NCBI GenBank assembly: GCA_964016885.1 | Contig: OZ024743.1 | Coordinates: 203,298,001-203,362,000, forward strand | Direction of reading: 5' to 3' | Source: Eledone cirrhosa | Lineage: Eukaryota | DNA length: 64,000 bases | Shown here: piece after piece, positions 1 through 15,600 of the stretch | Numbering within the stretch: position 1 is the first letter of the stretch | Layout of the letters: each line of letters opens with the position of its first letter | Position numbers and translations under genes: made by a program | The notes under the pieces: model-generated | The model's input: the letters and a program-made list of their open reading frames with translations, nothing else | Databases searched by the model: none | What the model was told of the DNA's origin: nothing

Positions 1-264
1 AAGTTTTTGATTGTTAAATGTTTCTCAATGAAACAAAATTGAAAAATGATACATGTATTAAATGTTCAACAAACTCACCATGTTTAGTTTTCAATGTGAT
101 CCTTCAGGCCATTATATGATCAATAACATACTTAATTACCGAAAATCCTTTGTCGCCCACCAAAATTTTAGATCGCCCACCATTTCCTAAAAATTCGTTC
201 ATCACCCACCCGATAGTTGAAATCGCCCACTGGTGGGCGATATCGCCCAGGCTGGGAAACCCTG
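1..264. mobile_element. Right end of a hAT-like non-autonomous DNA transposon (MITE)
   Basis: Ends in GGCTGGGAAACCCTG (reverse complement CAGGGTTTCCCAGCC, a hAT/Charlie-type TIR). Subterminal (A)TCGCCCAC repeats at 153-250. Confidence 0.55.
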
Positions 265-1071
265 GCTTAAAGTATTGTAGCATATAAAATCATTAGTTGT
301 TTTTTGGAAGCCACTACAACGCAATGGAAATATATGCCCGAGAGGTCGCTAACCTATTCATTTGATAATATATATCTTCTCCAAAATATAAGTGACTATT
401 AAATATTTCCTAGTTGATAGTCCAATTCTTTTTTCTTCTTATTTTTGTTGATAATTCATCTCTTTCTCTCTTTCTTACATCTTTATCTGTCATTTTTACC
501 TAAATATTTATAGCTGCATTTGCATTGCAACAGCTTCCTAAAACCATCTCATTTGTTGACACTTAATAATATTAATTATTCCCTAGTGTAATTAAATCTT
601 GATTTGTTACTATGTAATGAGAGAAAAGTGAAGGCGCCATCTACCACTTATAAGACTGAGATATTATTTACATTAATACATGTTTTCTTGTGAAATATGA
701 AGAAAATATATCTCAAAATAATTTAAAGTATCATCAACGCAAACAATTTGTGGTATTTAAAATCAAAAGCCATAAATATGTAAGATATTGGACATAAAAT
801 GTTCAGATATTTAGAAACTTATATTGCTCGCTAAACATTATAAGTATATTAAGTTTCTCATATTTTACAGTTAAATGTGGTTAATATAAGGAATCACATA
901 TCGGGATAATAAACTCCAAGAATTATGTATTGTACCATATATATCATATATATTACAACATGTTCATTTTTTATATCTTATTGTAAAATTACATAAATAA
1001 TATGAATGTTATAACTAACTTTACACCTCTCACATATTTAGAATCTTACAATTTATCATTACAGATATTCA

Positions 1072-1270
1072 GGGGCGGTCGAATGGCAGTATCGGCATAA
1101 TGGTAGAGGGTCGGATGCCATGCTTTGATGCATAGAGTTACGGCTCTTGCCATTCTGAGTTCAAATCCCACCGAGGTTAACTTTGCCTTTCATCCTTACA
1201 GGGTCGATAAAATAAAGTACCAGTAATGCACTGGATAATTGCTGGCCTTGTGCCAAAAGTAGAAACAATT
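1072..1270 (+). mobile_element. tRNA-derived SINE, family A (Meta-domain-like core)
   Basis: A-box TGGCAGTATCGG, B-box GAGTTCAAATCC, core GCCTTTCATCCTTAC.GGGTCGATAAAATAAAGTACCAG, tail GTAGAAACAATT. TSD ATTA(C/T)AGATATTC. More than 12 copies in the window. Confidence 0.9.
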
Positions 1271-1694
1271 ATAGATATTCCGAATTTTATATTTTTCAGC
1301 GTCATAAAAACATAGAACTTTATATTTAATATTAAATATCATAAATAATTAGAATCATATATTAACTATTCTAGTCATAAGTATTTATAATTTTATAGTT
1401 ATTATCCTTAAATATTTATTATCCTTAAATAGTTATTATCCTTTTATAGTTATTATCCTTAAAGGTCGTAAATATTTAAGATATATCTGTTAATACATTT
1501 ATATTAGGACTATGGTATAGAGACATATTATAAAACTAACATGTAAGTGGTCATTATTGTGGGTGATTTTGCAGCCGAAAAAAGAGATGTAAGTTAAACA
1601 CCGAACGTTTCCTGGTTTAAAATATGTCACAACTTCACTCTTGGTGAAATGCTCACGTATTTGTGTATGTGTGTTTATTATTTATGAAAGTGTG

Positions 1695-2075
1695 GGGGCG
1701 GTAGACCGTCGAATAACATACATTGCGGCATATAGTTACGGCGTTTTATATTCTGAGTTCAAAACTCGCCGATGTTAACATTGCTTTTCATTTTTACGGG
1801 GTCTATAAAATTACCAGTAACTCACTAAGTTTGATTTAATCGACTTTGCCCTCCCCTTCAAATTGCTGGCCTTGTCCCAACAATTAAAGCCATACGTGCG
1901 ATGGATTGGCAATATCGGTACAGCGTTGGACACGTTGCTTCGTGACATAAAGGTACGGATTTTTACGTTCTAATTTCAAATCCCACCGAGGTTAACTTTG
2001 CCTTTCATCCTTATGGGGTTGATAAAATAAAGTACAATTATGCAATGGTAACGATTTAATCGACTTTCCCTTCCA
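1695..2075 (+). mobile_element. Two older tandem SINE family A copies
   Basis: Degenerate B-box and core at about 1755-1820 and 1975-2040. Confidence 0.75.
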
Positions 2076-3193
2076 TTCAAATCACTTTCATTCTCGTTAG
2101 ATATGTATCAAATCAGTGACCTGTACATTGGAAACCTAGAGTCACCGATGCTCTTATTTACCATATGTGATATAAGATAAAACAAAATTAACACAAAGAA
2201 AACCTAGACAGCACATTTGAAGTCTAAACTCATGCTGATCACTACCACTATCTACTAGTCCATTAAACATTTACCCCTTGAATAATTTTCTAAAACTCAT
2301 TTTATTGAGTTGAAATTTTATATACAGTTGTATATATTTACAAACAGGATAACAGGAAAACAGAAGTGCGATTAAATAAATGAATAAATAAATAAATAAA
2401 TAAATGTAAACGAGGAGTGGGCAAAAATCTATACCCCGAGCTAGGCGTTATATTTCAACTGCGCTGAGCAAGATAATAAAATCATGACCGCAGAGATTAG
2501 ACAGTGATATGGCGCATTACAGGACATATGTACATTACTTGCGATTTTTAAATGTTCGTATTACTTTCGGAAATATTCTGATAAATTTGAATAATGGTAA
2601 CCAGTATTGCCTTACGTTAATGCTTTTCGGATGTTTCTCATTTCCCTACATGTTTCATTTAAATTGCATTTCTTTCATGTCGTTTTGAGATTCTATTTTA
2701 AACTTTATCAAAACTGTAATTAAAAGCGCATTGACTTCCCATCATAACGAGAAACGTTCCATTAATTCACCTGCCTTACGAATATTTCCACCATTTATAC
2801 CTCCTCCTCTTTATCTTTTCTCATCGTTTATTTCATTTTTACATTCATTCATTCATTTAGCACACGTAAATCCCCAGTTTTAGAAGGAGCACCAGTTAAG
2901 CACTAAGAAATAATACTTATAAAATGTATCGATGTCGGAGTTTCAATTTAATGTTATAATAAATATTTCATATATTCTTTTTTTTTAGATGATCTTTTCC
3001 ATTCCAGTATTTTATTATTTTTTTCGCATCTGGTACTTATGATATCGATTTTATTTTTGTTTAACTGCAACATTACGGGTCAAAAACATAGGCACAAACA
3101 CAAATGAAAATATACACAGACACATACAGACACATATATATATATATATATATATGTTATATATGTGGTACGTGTCTGTGTGCATATAATGTA

Positions 3194-3274
<81 letters not shown>

Positions 3275-3277
<3 letters not shown>

Positions 3278-3834
3278 AGAGACGTAAAATAAGAAAATTA
3301 TAAAATTAACTTACTTACTAAAATTTCACTCCCAACTAATTAGTTTCTGAAATGGAATAAATATACTTTCAGAAGAAAATATAGAGAATCATTTCGTCGT
3401 ATATATGTTACTAGATATATTAATTCTTTATAATTATCTCCAAATTATTTGTCGAGCAATATTGACCAAGACTGCTGCTATGGTAGCAGGCAGGCCGCTG
3501 TCTTCTTAACAAACCACTTTCCACTGATTGACCTCGATGTCACGTGATTGATTCTTTTTGAATTAGCCACCGAAAAGTAGGCAGTGATTTTTTTCAATGG
3601 CTAGGAATTCAGTCCACGGTTTGCTATTTTCTATCCACTGAATTATTTTTGTATAAGTTTCCAGAGTCCACGCTTTGCCTGGATACTTAGCTGAGAATAG
3701 ACTTCCCTGACGACGAAATGATTCTCTATATTTTCTTCGGAAAGTATATTTATTCCATTTCAGAAACTAATTAGTTGGGAGTGAAATTTTAGTAAGTAAG
3801 TTAATTTTATAATTTTCTTATTTTACGTCTCTCA
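3275..3834. mobile_element. PLE-derived fold-back element (inverted arms 3275-3400 / 3710-3834)
   Basis: About 125-bp inverted repeat next to (TA)n; the right arm carries a hammerhead motif. Confidence 0.75.
3701..3782 (+). ncRNA. Type I hammerhead ribozyme motif
   Basis: acttcc-CTGACGA-cgaaatg...catttca-GAAA-ctaattag-TT-gggagt; palindromic stem III. Confidence 0.65.
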
Positions 3835-4077
3835 TATTATTGTTCTGCAACCCCATGCATTGAACCACAAAGTTACTAAGACAAAACCTATATATTTGCT
3901 AGCATTGATATGCATCTGTATGTATATATATATGTTACTAGATATATTAATTCTTTATATATATATATATATATATGTGTGAACCTATTACAACTACGTA
4001 CGTTTAACTCCTGCGTTTGTTTGTTTGTCGTTTTGAACTATATATATATATTATATATATATATATACAAATAAAAT

Positions 4078-4774
4078 ACAGACCGTCTCAATAACTATTT
4101 CATCTCTCGGACAGATTAGAGATTGAATCTGTTTTGCCCTGAAAACTGTTTTGTAACAGATAATCCGTAGGCTTTTCTAAGCGAGAGATAACATCAAATG
4201 GAAAAATACATAAACTAAAAGCCACACGAATGAATATCTCACCTCGTGCGCTGGACGTTAGACGTGGTGTCAGTGGATATGCTAAATACAATAGCCCTAA
4301 TACACACAACTTATAAGCTCACCAAGTTAGGAAGTCGAAATACAAATAAAATACAGAGTTACTAACTCATATTGATACACTGCAATTAACAAGCTCAAAG
4401 TATAAATACTGAGCATTAAATAATAATATATGTAGAAATAAAAACAGTAAATTGTGTGTCTAAAATTACGAGGGTTGAAATGCCACATTGGTTTCATAAA
4501 TTTAACCTGAAGCAAACGGAATATATAGAATATATATACAGACAGTCTCAATAACTATTTCAAATGGAACAAACACATACAACTAAAAGCCACACGAATG
4601 AATATCTCACCTCGTGCGCTGGACGTTAGATGAAATATGTCCGGGAGATGAAATAGTTATTGAGACGGTCTGTATATATATTCTATATCTTCTGTTAGCT
4701 TCAGGTTAAATTTATCAAACCAATGTGGTATTTCAACCCTCGTAATTTTAGACACACAAATTACTGTGTTTATT

Positions 4775-4779
<5 letters not shown>
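4078..4779. mobile_element. PLE-derived tandem/inverted short element with degenerate HHR
   Basis: Partial direct repeats (4078/4537, 4195-4262/4561-4630) and inverted arms 4432-4562 / 4649-4779. Minus strand 4086-4203 has stem II atctctcg/cgagagat followed by GAAA. Confidence 0.55.
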
Positions 4780-4860
<81 letters not shown>

Positions 4861-4973
4861 ATCTCCCCTCTCAAGCGTGAATCTAATACCAACACTGCTC
4901 GTATTGCAATCTTTGGTATTGTTTTTTGCTTTTTGTTTTTTACTTCATATATACATATATATATATATATATA

Positions 4974-5102
4974 TCATCATCATCATCAGGTCGAGCTTGC
5001 TCGGCTTTCTACGACACGTTTCCTCCATCCATCTCTGTCTCTCATAGCGTTTGCCAGTTCTTCCGCAGTGCATCCAGTATCGTCCTCAAGTTGCTTGACG
5101 TA
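4974..5102 (-). mobile_element. 5'-truncated RTE-clade LINE 3' end
   Basis: Translates YVKQLEDDTGCTAEELANAMRDRDGWRKRVVESRASST*, followed by a (TGA)n tail; typical RTE C-terminus. Confidence 0.8.
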
Positions 5103-5136
5103 TAGAGAGAGAGAGAGAGAGAGAGTGAGAGAGAGA

Positions 5137-5208
<72 letters not shown>

Positions 5209-5547
5209 AGATTATTAAGATCAGTTACTACGACGGCGCCAAACAAGTTGAAAAAGGTGGCCCTCCCAGCCAACGAAACGTACATTTCTGCTATGGCGTT
5301 GTTGAAATAGCTGGCCTTAACAATTATATCAAAGCTTGTCCTACAGACTCGAGTTGCTCTTTACCTTATAAATTTGTACCAATTTATATATAAATTTAGC
5401 GAGAATCGCACTCCCTAAAGGGGAGAAAACCAGAAGTTTTGGCAAATGAATTCAGTATGTGTAGTCAATACAAAAATTGCAAAAGTAGCACAAAACGAAT
5501 TAAACTTTCGACCGGTAGTTTTTAAAATAAACTTCAGCAATTAATCA

Positions 5548-6392
5548 GTCAATAGAATTAAACTAAAAAAATCTAAAAAATTAACTGTTTAATTGCTAGA
5601 CTCGGGAGATTAATACAAATATAAATTTAGCAAGAATCGCACTTCGGCGAGTAGAAAATAGCGAAACGCAATTTCCAATATGTGTTGGCAAGCGCTCTAT
5701 GGACCAGAAGAGACCAGAGCAATAAATATCAGTTATAAAGGCCATACAAACTGAGACGGTGGTTTTAGAAGTTATTAACCACCTAAGCCAAAAAAACGAG
5801 AAAGCTAAGTGGGTCAAACAAAATATACGATTGAAATATTAACCTGAACCCTGGAAATGATGGTAAAATCCAATACAGGGTTTCTGCGACACCTAAATCA
5901 ATAATACGGTCTGCTTGAAAAAATAATAAGCTTTTGGTATCATGATCGAACAAGGAAATCACACAAGTGTAACTGTATATCAAATATATAAGAACCATAG
6001 AGCAAATATTTATTAAAATAACAGATTAAATTTAAGCAAAGAAGTTTCAGAAGATCCCATTAAGGGGGAAAGCAGTGATTCTTTGCTTAAACTTTAATCT
6101 GTTATTTTAATAAATATTTTCTCTATGGTTCTTATATATTTGATATACATTTATCCTTATCGAGCCGTCTTTGGATTTTAGTCTTCACATTTATTATTAT
6201 TACTATATATATATGTATATATATATTAGTATTAATCTCCCGAGTCTAACAATTAAACAGTTAATTTTTTGATTTTTTTAGTTAATTCTATTGACTTTCA
6301 AAACACTGTGAGATTCTAATCCTGGCGCAGAACAAAATGCCTGTTGAGAACGTGATTTCCTTGTTCGATCATGATACCAAAAGCTTATTATT
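5548..6392. mobile_element. Nested fold-back elements
   Basis: Outer inverted segments 5548-5616 / 6229-6295 and 5924-5961 / 6353-6391. Inner hairpin 5976-6048 / 6079-6148 is the same family as 15104-15280. Confidence 0.65.
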
Positions 6393-6778
6393 TTAATATA
6401 TAATTGAGCGGAGCAAGCAATTATCAAACAATCTTTTAATAAATTTTAAAACGATTTAAATATTCACCTGTTCTATTGCCGTTACCGACGGTTTTACTCA
6501 TCAAAAGATTGGAAATCCAGAGAATTTCCAATGGAAGGAATTAGATCTTCAGACAGCTATTTCCATACTATAAGGGTACAAAACCTCACGGTAAGTCAAT
6601 ATTTACTTACTGCCCGACGCATGCCGTCAAGTCGTTGAAGTGACGCACAGTGTTTCGACGGCTATTTCTGGACTCTTAAAATGCATGGTGTGGTTAATGA
6701 AACTTGAGCCGGGTGGAAAAGTCAGGATATGGCGTGGTAGGGTCGGAAAGTGCTCTACTACGGAGGTAGGAGCTAGAT

Positions 6779-6970
6779 AACGAAGGACTTCTGATAAGGA
6801 ACCAAATGGACTATAACGCACCAGAGTACTCAATACTTAGAGGGTAGTAGAGTGGGTAATAGGAAAATGTATGACCCCGACAGCAGAGCTCAAGCCGTTT
6901 CGACGGCTAATTCTGGACTGAAATAGCCGTCGAAATGGATTGAGCCCTGTCGTCGAGGTGATACATTTTC
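6779..6970 (-). mobile_element. PLE pLTR-like fold-back, family B (also 24300-24380, 44230-44440)
   Basis: Near-identical sequence at three loci. Hairpin centre about 6920. HHR 3' half GAAAC-ggct..agc-GTC. Confidence 0.7.
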
Positions 6971-7305
6971 ATATATATATATATTTATATATATTATATA
7001 TGTATGTATGTTCTCCACCCAACTCTTTTTATCCTAATAACTTACTTTAGTTATTGTATCGCCCTAGCTTGAGGTATATGGTCTGTAATGCGAAGAAATA
7101 CCTATGATGGCTGGTAGACCACTGATGACGGATATTCCTGGCTTTTATTTCTAATTCTTCATTTATTATATATATCCTATTTGCAACAACACAGCTCGTC
7201 ATTTTTCATTTATATATATATACTATCTGGCCCGTCCGGCTGGCGCTCGGCTAGGTATACCTGTCCCCACCACTCCACTGAAAAGCTACCACACACCCTC
7301 TCGTG

Positions 7306-7505
7306 NNNNNNNNNNNNNNNNNNNNNNNNNNNNNNNNNNNNNNNNNNNNNNNNNNNNNNNNNNNNNNNNNNNNNNNNNNNNNNNNNNNNNNNNNNNNNNN
7401 NNNNNNNNNNNNNNNNNNNNNNNNNNNNNNNNNNNNNNNNNNNNNNNNNNNNNNNNNNNNNNNNNNNNNNNNNNNNNNNNNNNNNNNNNNNNNNNNNNNN
7501 NNNNN
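7306..7505. other. Assembly gap (200 N)
   Basis: Run of n. Confidence 1.
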
Positions 7506-7728
7506 GAATGAGGGGGAAAAGAGAGAGGTGCATATCGTTTTCACTTGGTAGAAATGAAATGCTTATAGTTATGGCGTCGATAGAATTGATTATAGATTTA
7601 TTCACACACAAACATACACACACAGATGCACGAACCTACACACATGCGTATGTGTGTGTATGTATATTTGCGTGTGTGCATATGTGTTTGTGTGCATATG
7701 TGTGTGTGTGCATGTGTGTGTGTGTGTG

Positions 7729-7797
<69 letters not shown>

Positions 7798-8246
7798 ACA
7801 TATGTGAGTGTTTGTGTGCACGTGTGATATAACAATATCGATTAATTCTGAAGGTATGAAAATCTGAGGCGACCCCTCTGGTATGTTATAATCTAAACTT
7901 AATAACACGAAAACTACCCACCCTATCTCGAAATCTCCAACTCAAATTTCCCTATTACCACAATTTTTTGTATTGATTTGTATAGTAATAAAAGGAAACA
8001 GATACGTGAAGAGTTTGAGGTACCTATATAAATTTCGATACCTTATTAATGTATCATGGTTATCGAGTTAGCACTGGCGTTAGAATGTCGTATATTTTTC
8101 CGTGTTTTTATGTTTAGAGTACAAATTCCGTCGAAATCCACTTTACCTTTCAACGTTTCGTTTTTGATAACGAAGTTGATAAGCCCTCTGTGCTTCCATT
8201 CCTCAACTAAATTCCACCCACAAGTCATTCGCAAAATAAGGGCTAT

Positions 8247-8430
8247 CAGACCTGTCAACTCTCCCCGTCGGACGGGAGATCTCCTACTCACTTTGGGGTG
8301 GTTCAGAGATGTCTCTCTTGTAAAAATGTGTAGATCTTTCTTTATGTAAATTTCCCCCATTTTGCCTCATTTCTCGCCGTTTTGGTGCAGTTTTTTTCAT
8401 GGTACTCCCCGTTTTGGGTTCTAGAGGTTC
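8247..8430 (+). mobile_element. DNA transposon terminus (hAT-like TIR CAGACCTGTCAACTCTCCCCG); related copy at 24780-24939 on minus
   Basis: About 170-bp similarity between the two loci, starting exactly at CAGACCTGTCAAC. Confidence 0.55.
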
Positions 8431-8926
8431 TAGAGCACAGTACTTTTAATCAAATAACCGCGCAGCGGGACTGTTGTCAGAATTTTCGTTTGCGAGGTGA
8501 ATTTCCTAATCACGCTGTCATGCCTATAGTTGTTAAAACGAGAGTGCGTGATTTCACTGAGATTTGGCATTTACTTCCACGCGGCCTATGTGTGTGTAAG
8601 GTTTCCTCTCACTATTTCATAAATGTCTTTATGAATTATGTGTAAGCAACATTTAGAATGCTGTAGGGTTTATTTTTTATGTATGTTCTTGTTTTCTCTA
8701 TTCATATAGATTTTCATTCCTTCATTCACATTTCATCCGGCAATTTCGTTAAGATTTCAATGTATTGAATTTTATTTTGGATTGTTACATTTTAGAAACA
8801 TCGGATTGGCTTGGAAAGCTTAAATTATCGATCATTTCTATGGAATTTGCTACAGATATCCCAGTTGTTGTGCAAATTAATTAGATTCCGTTCATGTAAT
8901 TTGGTAGTTTGTAGAAATAAATGAAT

Positions 8927-10387
<1,461 letters not shown>

Positions 10388-10534
10388 CTACACTGGAGGT
10401 AATCTAATGATATATATTGTTATATTTTTCACGATACTATCTTGACAGAATCCAATACATTGTTAAGTGATCCGAAATATTTAGGATTGTCTTGTTTATT
10501 TCAGTTTTCTTTTTTTATTGGTTGTTACGTTACC

Positions 10535-10692
10535 ATGGCCACTGTCACCATCAGCAACACTATTTTTGTCATCATCATCATTATCATCATCGCCATCTCC
10601 ACTAGCGTCATTGTCTTCGTGATCATCATGATTATCATTACCAACATCATATTCGTGATCAGCATGTTCGCCACCCACGTCGTCTTTATGAT

Positions 10693-10784
<92 letters not shown>

Positions 10785-10834
10785 GCATCATCATCATCAT
10801 CCGCATCATCATCATCATCATCATCATTATCATC

Positions 10835-10883
<49 letters not shown>

Positions 10884-11370
10884 CCATCATCATCATCCTC
10901 ACAATCATCATCATCATCATCACCACCACCATCATCACCATCATCATCATCATCATCATCATCATCACCATCATCATCATCCTCACAATCATCATCATCA
11001 TCATCACCACCACCATCATCACCATCATCATCATCATCATCATCATCCTCATCATCACCACCATTCTCGTCAACATCATCATCATTATGAGCATCATCGT
11101 TACCATTATGATGGCCACACTTGTTATCATCATCACCACCGTTATCATCCTCATAATCATCACGATCATCATTATCACATCCATCATTATCACATCCATC
11201 ATCAAATCCCGCCGAGGTTGACTTTGCCTTTCATCCTTACGGGGTCGATAAAATAAAGTACCAGTAATGCACTGGGTGATTGCTGGCCTTGTGCCTAAAG
11301 TAGAAACAATTATCACATCCATCATCATCCCCATAACCATCATGACCACGATCCTCATCTTCATTAACAT
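10535..11370. repeat. (ATC)n microsatellite with a 5'-truncated SINE A (11202-11310) inserted
   Basis: ATC array. The SINE is flanked by ATTATCACATCCATCATCA on both sides. Confidence 0.9.
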
Positions 11371-11869
11371 CAACAAAAAAGTAGAGAATAAATGGGAACT
11401 GATCGTCAGAGTGCACAAAAGAAACAATGTTTCATTGGTCTTCCCATTAATGATACTACATGCCGGCCCTGATAATGATATCGCTGGTCCTGGAAGAAAG
11501 AGTCCGGGTATGGACACACGGATCAGAATCAGATTCAATCAATCCAGTTCCTCTGGATTGCTACTTTATCCCCCGAATGGATGAAATATAAAATTAATCC
11601 TGGCACTATAACGAATACTTCAAGAATTAAGATAAATGTAAACATTTTATTTGCGAAAGGAACAGTTAATTTTGTGAACAGTTAAGTCCCGAGTTCTATA
11701 CTATTTCATGGAACTTTTGGCCAGTGTCGTTTACTATAGCTTAGAATTGCTCTATGCCTTTTAAATACGAGAAGTGTTTGGAAACCCATCAGATGGGCAG
11801 TAACTGGAATTCAAAGGGCCAGACTTGTCACACACTCTGTCACGTTTTCCTGAGAATAATATGATTTCT

Positions 11870-12075
11870 AGTATAGATACAAGGGCAGTAATTTGGGGGA
11901 GGGGAAAGTCGATTAAATCGATCCCAGTGCGTTACTGGTGTTTTATTTTATCGACCCCGTAAGGAGCAAAGGCAAACTTAACCTCAGCGGGATTTGAACT
12001 CAGACTATAAAGGACCGTAACTCTATGCTGCAAAGCCTGGTGTCCAACTTTCGACTGGTACTGACAATCCACCGC
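11870..12075 (-). mobile_element. SINE family A (long-core variant)
   Basis: Reverse complement of B-box and core. Confidence 0.8.
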
Positions 12076-12179
12076 TCTTTTCGTAAGAATAAGATAATAG
12101 GTACACGTGTATTTGAAATGTTCAGTCATTTACTCGTTAATTTCATGAGCAGGCTCGAACACAAATAGTCGAAACCGAT

Positions 12180-12636
12180 ATAATCAACAATGGAAAGAGT
12201 AATGAAAACCTTGTTTCGTTGCTTCAAACTGTTGTTCAGTTCCTTTTTTCTAATTTCACAAAAGTTGATATTATTTTTTTATATATTATTTAAAATTTGC
12301 ATAGGTAGGTCTCTCTAGAAATAGGGTTGAGGGGCGCCTAGGGCATTACGTGGGCATGAGTGGGGGCGGTGTCCGAAAACGTTTCAGAACCTGTGATCTA
12401 CAATGTCAAGTTTGATTTGGAGGAGATTTAGCTATTTCTAACAGCTCAAAGAGCCCCGTAGATGTTCTCACTTTGGCCTTCATGTAAATGAGAAGTGTAT
12501 AGTCGATTATGTAGACATAATAATTGGTTGGGATTTATTTCATGAATATCGGAAGGGTAAAATTAGAAACATGAAACTGAACATCACTTTGAAGCAACGA
12601 AACAAGGTTTCCATTATTCTTTCCATTGTTCATTAT
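12180..12636. repeat. About 60-bp inverted repeat (12180-12242 / 12573-12636)
   Basis: taatcaacaatggaaagagtaatgaaaaccttgtttcgttgcttcaaac matches its reverse complement 330 bp downstream. Confidence 0.7.
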
Positions 12637-13015
12637 ATCTGCCCGGAGAAACTGTTGGCTAAAGGATTGAAGTGAAATAAAGTGTTTTTCTGAAGAACAC
12701 AAAGCCAATACGTTCACGTAAATGGACATAGCTAAATACCTGCAACGTCTGTTATCCATTACTCTAGCCTTTCTACAGACGACATGATGAGATCTTAACA
12801 ACATTACACAGTTAATCATTTTGTAAAATAGTTGTTACCAAATAACTCGAGGACAGTAATTGCTTGATGGTTCATTTATAGAGTGAAGGAGTTTGAAATC
12901 AAAAGTAAAAGGAGGTGGCTTTTAAATCCAGAAACCTAATTAATATAAGCGTCATAAAGAGTACTCCCGCCAATATGCATGTATTATATATATATACATA
13001 TATTTATATATATAC

Positions 13016-13089
<74 letters not shown>

Positions 13090-13104
13090 TACATATATAT
13101 ATAT

Positions 13105-13170
<66 letters not shown>

Positions 13171-13300
13171 CATACATATATGTATATATACATATATATA
13201 TATAAAAAAGAAATAGGATTTAGCCCCCTGGTGTTTGCATAGCTACGGCTTCCTTTAACTGTATTTCTTATATACATATACATATATATTTATTTAGTGA

Positions 13301-13400
13301 AGGCGTGTGGCTGATTGGTTAAAAAACTGGATTCGCAATCGTGAGGTTGTCGGTTCGTTTTCTGAACCGAGCGACACTTTATTTCACGTTGCTCCTTCTA
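13301..13400 (+). mobile_element. tRNA-derived SINE fragment, second family
   Basis: GGCGTGTGGCT..TGGTT A-box, GGTTCG B-box, CTTTATTTCACGTTGCTCC; related to 23165-23420. Confidence 0.55.
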
Positions 13401-13604
13401 CATGGAGTTGCGATCGATAGATGGTATTAGAAATTGGAAAGACCAACGAGAACATTGTCTCCTCGGTCCTATTTGACGAAATTCGATCGACAAAAAAAAA
13501 GATATATATATATGTATATATACATACATATATATACATATACATATTTACATATATATATATATATATACATACATATATATACATATTTATATAATAA
13601 TATA

Positions 13605-14020
13605 TAAGATCAAAATATGGTTAAAAGAGTTCCATGTATTTTATTATACGCATTTCAAAAACAAATATCATCATGCAATAACATTTGCGTTTTCGTCAGA
13701 GGGAGACATGATATGAAGGTTAAAACACACTTGTGAATAGTGCAGTTTTAAATCAACATATGTTGATTTGAAACTGCACTATTCACAAGTGTGTTTTAAC
13801 CTTCATATCATGTCTCCCTATTTTATCTGACGAAAACGCAAATATTATTGCATGATGATATTTGTTTTTGAAATGCGCATAATAAAATACATGGAACTCT
13901 TTTAACCAACTTTTGATCTTATATATTATTATTTATACTCCAGTCCTACAAACTGTAGAGTGCTACTTATCCGATATCTGCATTGCTTTATTGTACTACA
14001 ATAAAACTCACCTCCTACAT
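13605..14020. mobile_element. Palindromic HHR element, family C (centre 13759|13760)
   Basis: About 160-bp arms with no spacer plus a unique 3' tail to 14020. Same family and same centre at 35106 and 35540. Confidence 0.85.
13820..13888 (+). ncRNA. Type I hammerhead ribozyme motif (intact core)
   Basis: attttat-CTGACGA-long stem II-GAAA-tgcgca-TA-ataaaat; palindromic stem III. Mirror copy on minus at about 13638-13700. Confidence 0.8.
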
Positions 14021-14475
14021 ACATATTTTTATATATATATATATATATTAAATATATATATATATATATATATACACTACTATTATATATATACTACTTC
14101 AAGTACTGCTGCTACCACTAATACTGATACTACTAAATATAATTATTATTATAATCGATCTAGTCAGTGCTCTACGTATGGTTATAATTGTATCAACAAT
14201 TATTTACAAAACATTAACTGATTGATTGGAGCATAATTTTCGGGTGTGAACCTCAGAATAACAATAGTGTGAAATACAAATGATTAGCTTACATTAACCT
14301 ATAAAGATATACTCAATATATTGTATTGAGTGGTAAATTATTTTGTTGTTACGTATAAACGATTACATATATGTACATGTAAACCTTTATGTATATTCCA
14401 AGTTAATTATGTGTATACTAAATCATATCATTTGTATACACTATGAAAGTTTTGAGATCTCTGTTCTAAAGAAAT

Positions 14476-14910
14476 AATTGTTTCTACTGTTGGCATAAGG
14501 CCAGCAATTACCCAGTACATTACTGGTACTTTATTTTATCGACCCCGTAAGGATGAAAGGCAAATTTAACCTCGGCTGGATTTGAACTCAGATCGTAAAG
14601 GGACGTAACTACGCTGGAAAGCATGTCCGACATTTCTACCAATACTGCCAATTCAAAAGAAATAATAACATACACTGACATATATAAACAGGGACAAACG
14701 CACACAAACATATATGTATATTATTATATTTGGCAGTATCGGTAGAGGGTCGGACGCCATGCTTTGGCGCATAGAGTTACGGCTTTTGCCATTCTAAGTT
14801 CAAATCTCGCCGAGGTTAACTTTGCCTTTCATCCTTATGGGGTCGACAAAATAAAGTATCAGTAATACACTGGGTAATTGCTGGCCTTGTGCCAAAAGTA
14901 GAAACAATTA
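14476..14910. mobile_element. Head-to-head pair of SINE A copies (14476-14652 minus, 14730-14910 plus)
   Basis: Both have B-box, core and tail. TSD AAAGAAATAAT around the first. Confidence 0.9.
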
Positions 14911-15021
14911 TTATGTATATATAGTACAGACAGACGGATAGACATGTATGTATATATACTGTATATAGATAGTCATACATACATATAAACGCAAACACAC
15001 ACATACGTACACCCTCACACA

Positions 15022-15600
<579 letters not shown>

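Noticed and set aside
7120-7150. CTGATGA followed by a small hairpin
   Set aside because: No GAAA or stem III follows, so it cannot be called an HHR.
10442-11538. 259-aa poly-Ile and 337-aa poly-Met ORFs
   Set aside because: (ATC)n microsatellite plus a SINE; no splice or coding signal.
12535-12819. 94-aa minus-strand ORF as a host exon
   Set aside because: No recognisable motif or convincing splice pair, and it overlaps an inverted-repeat arm.
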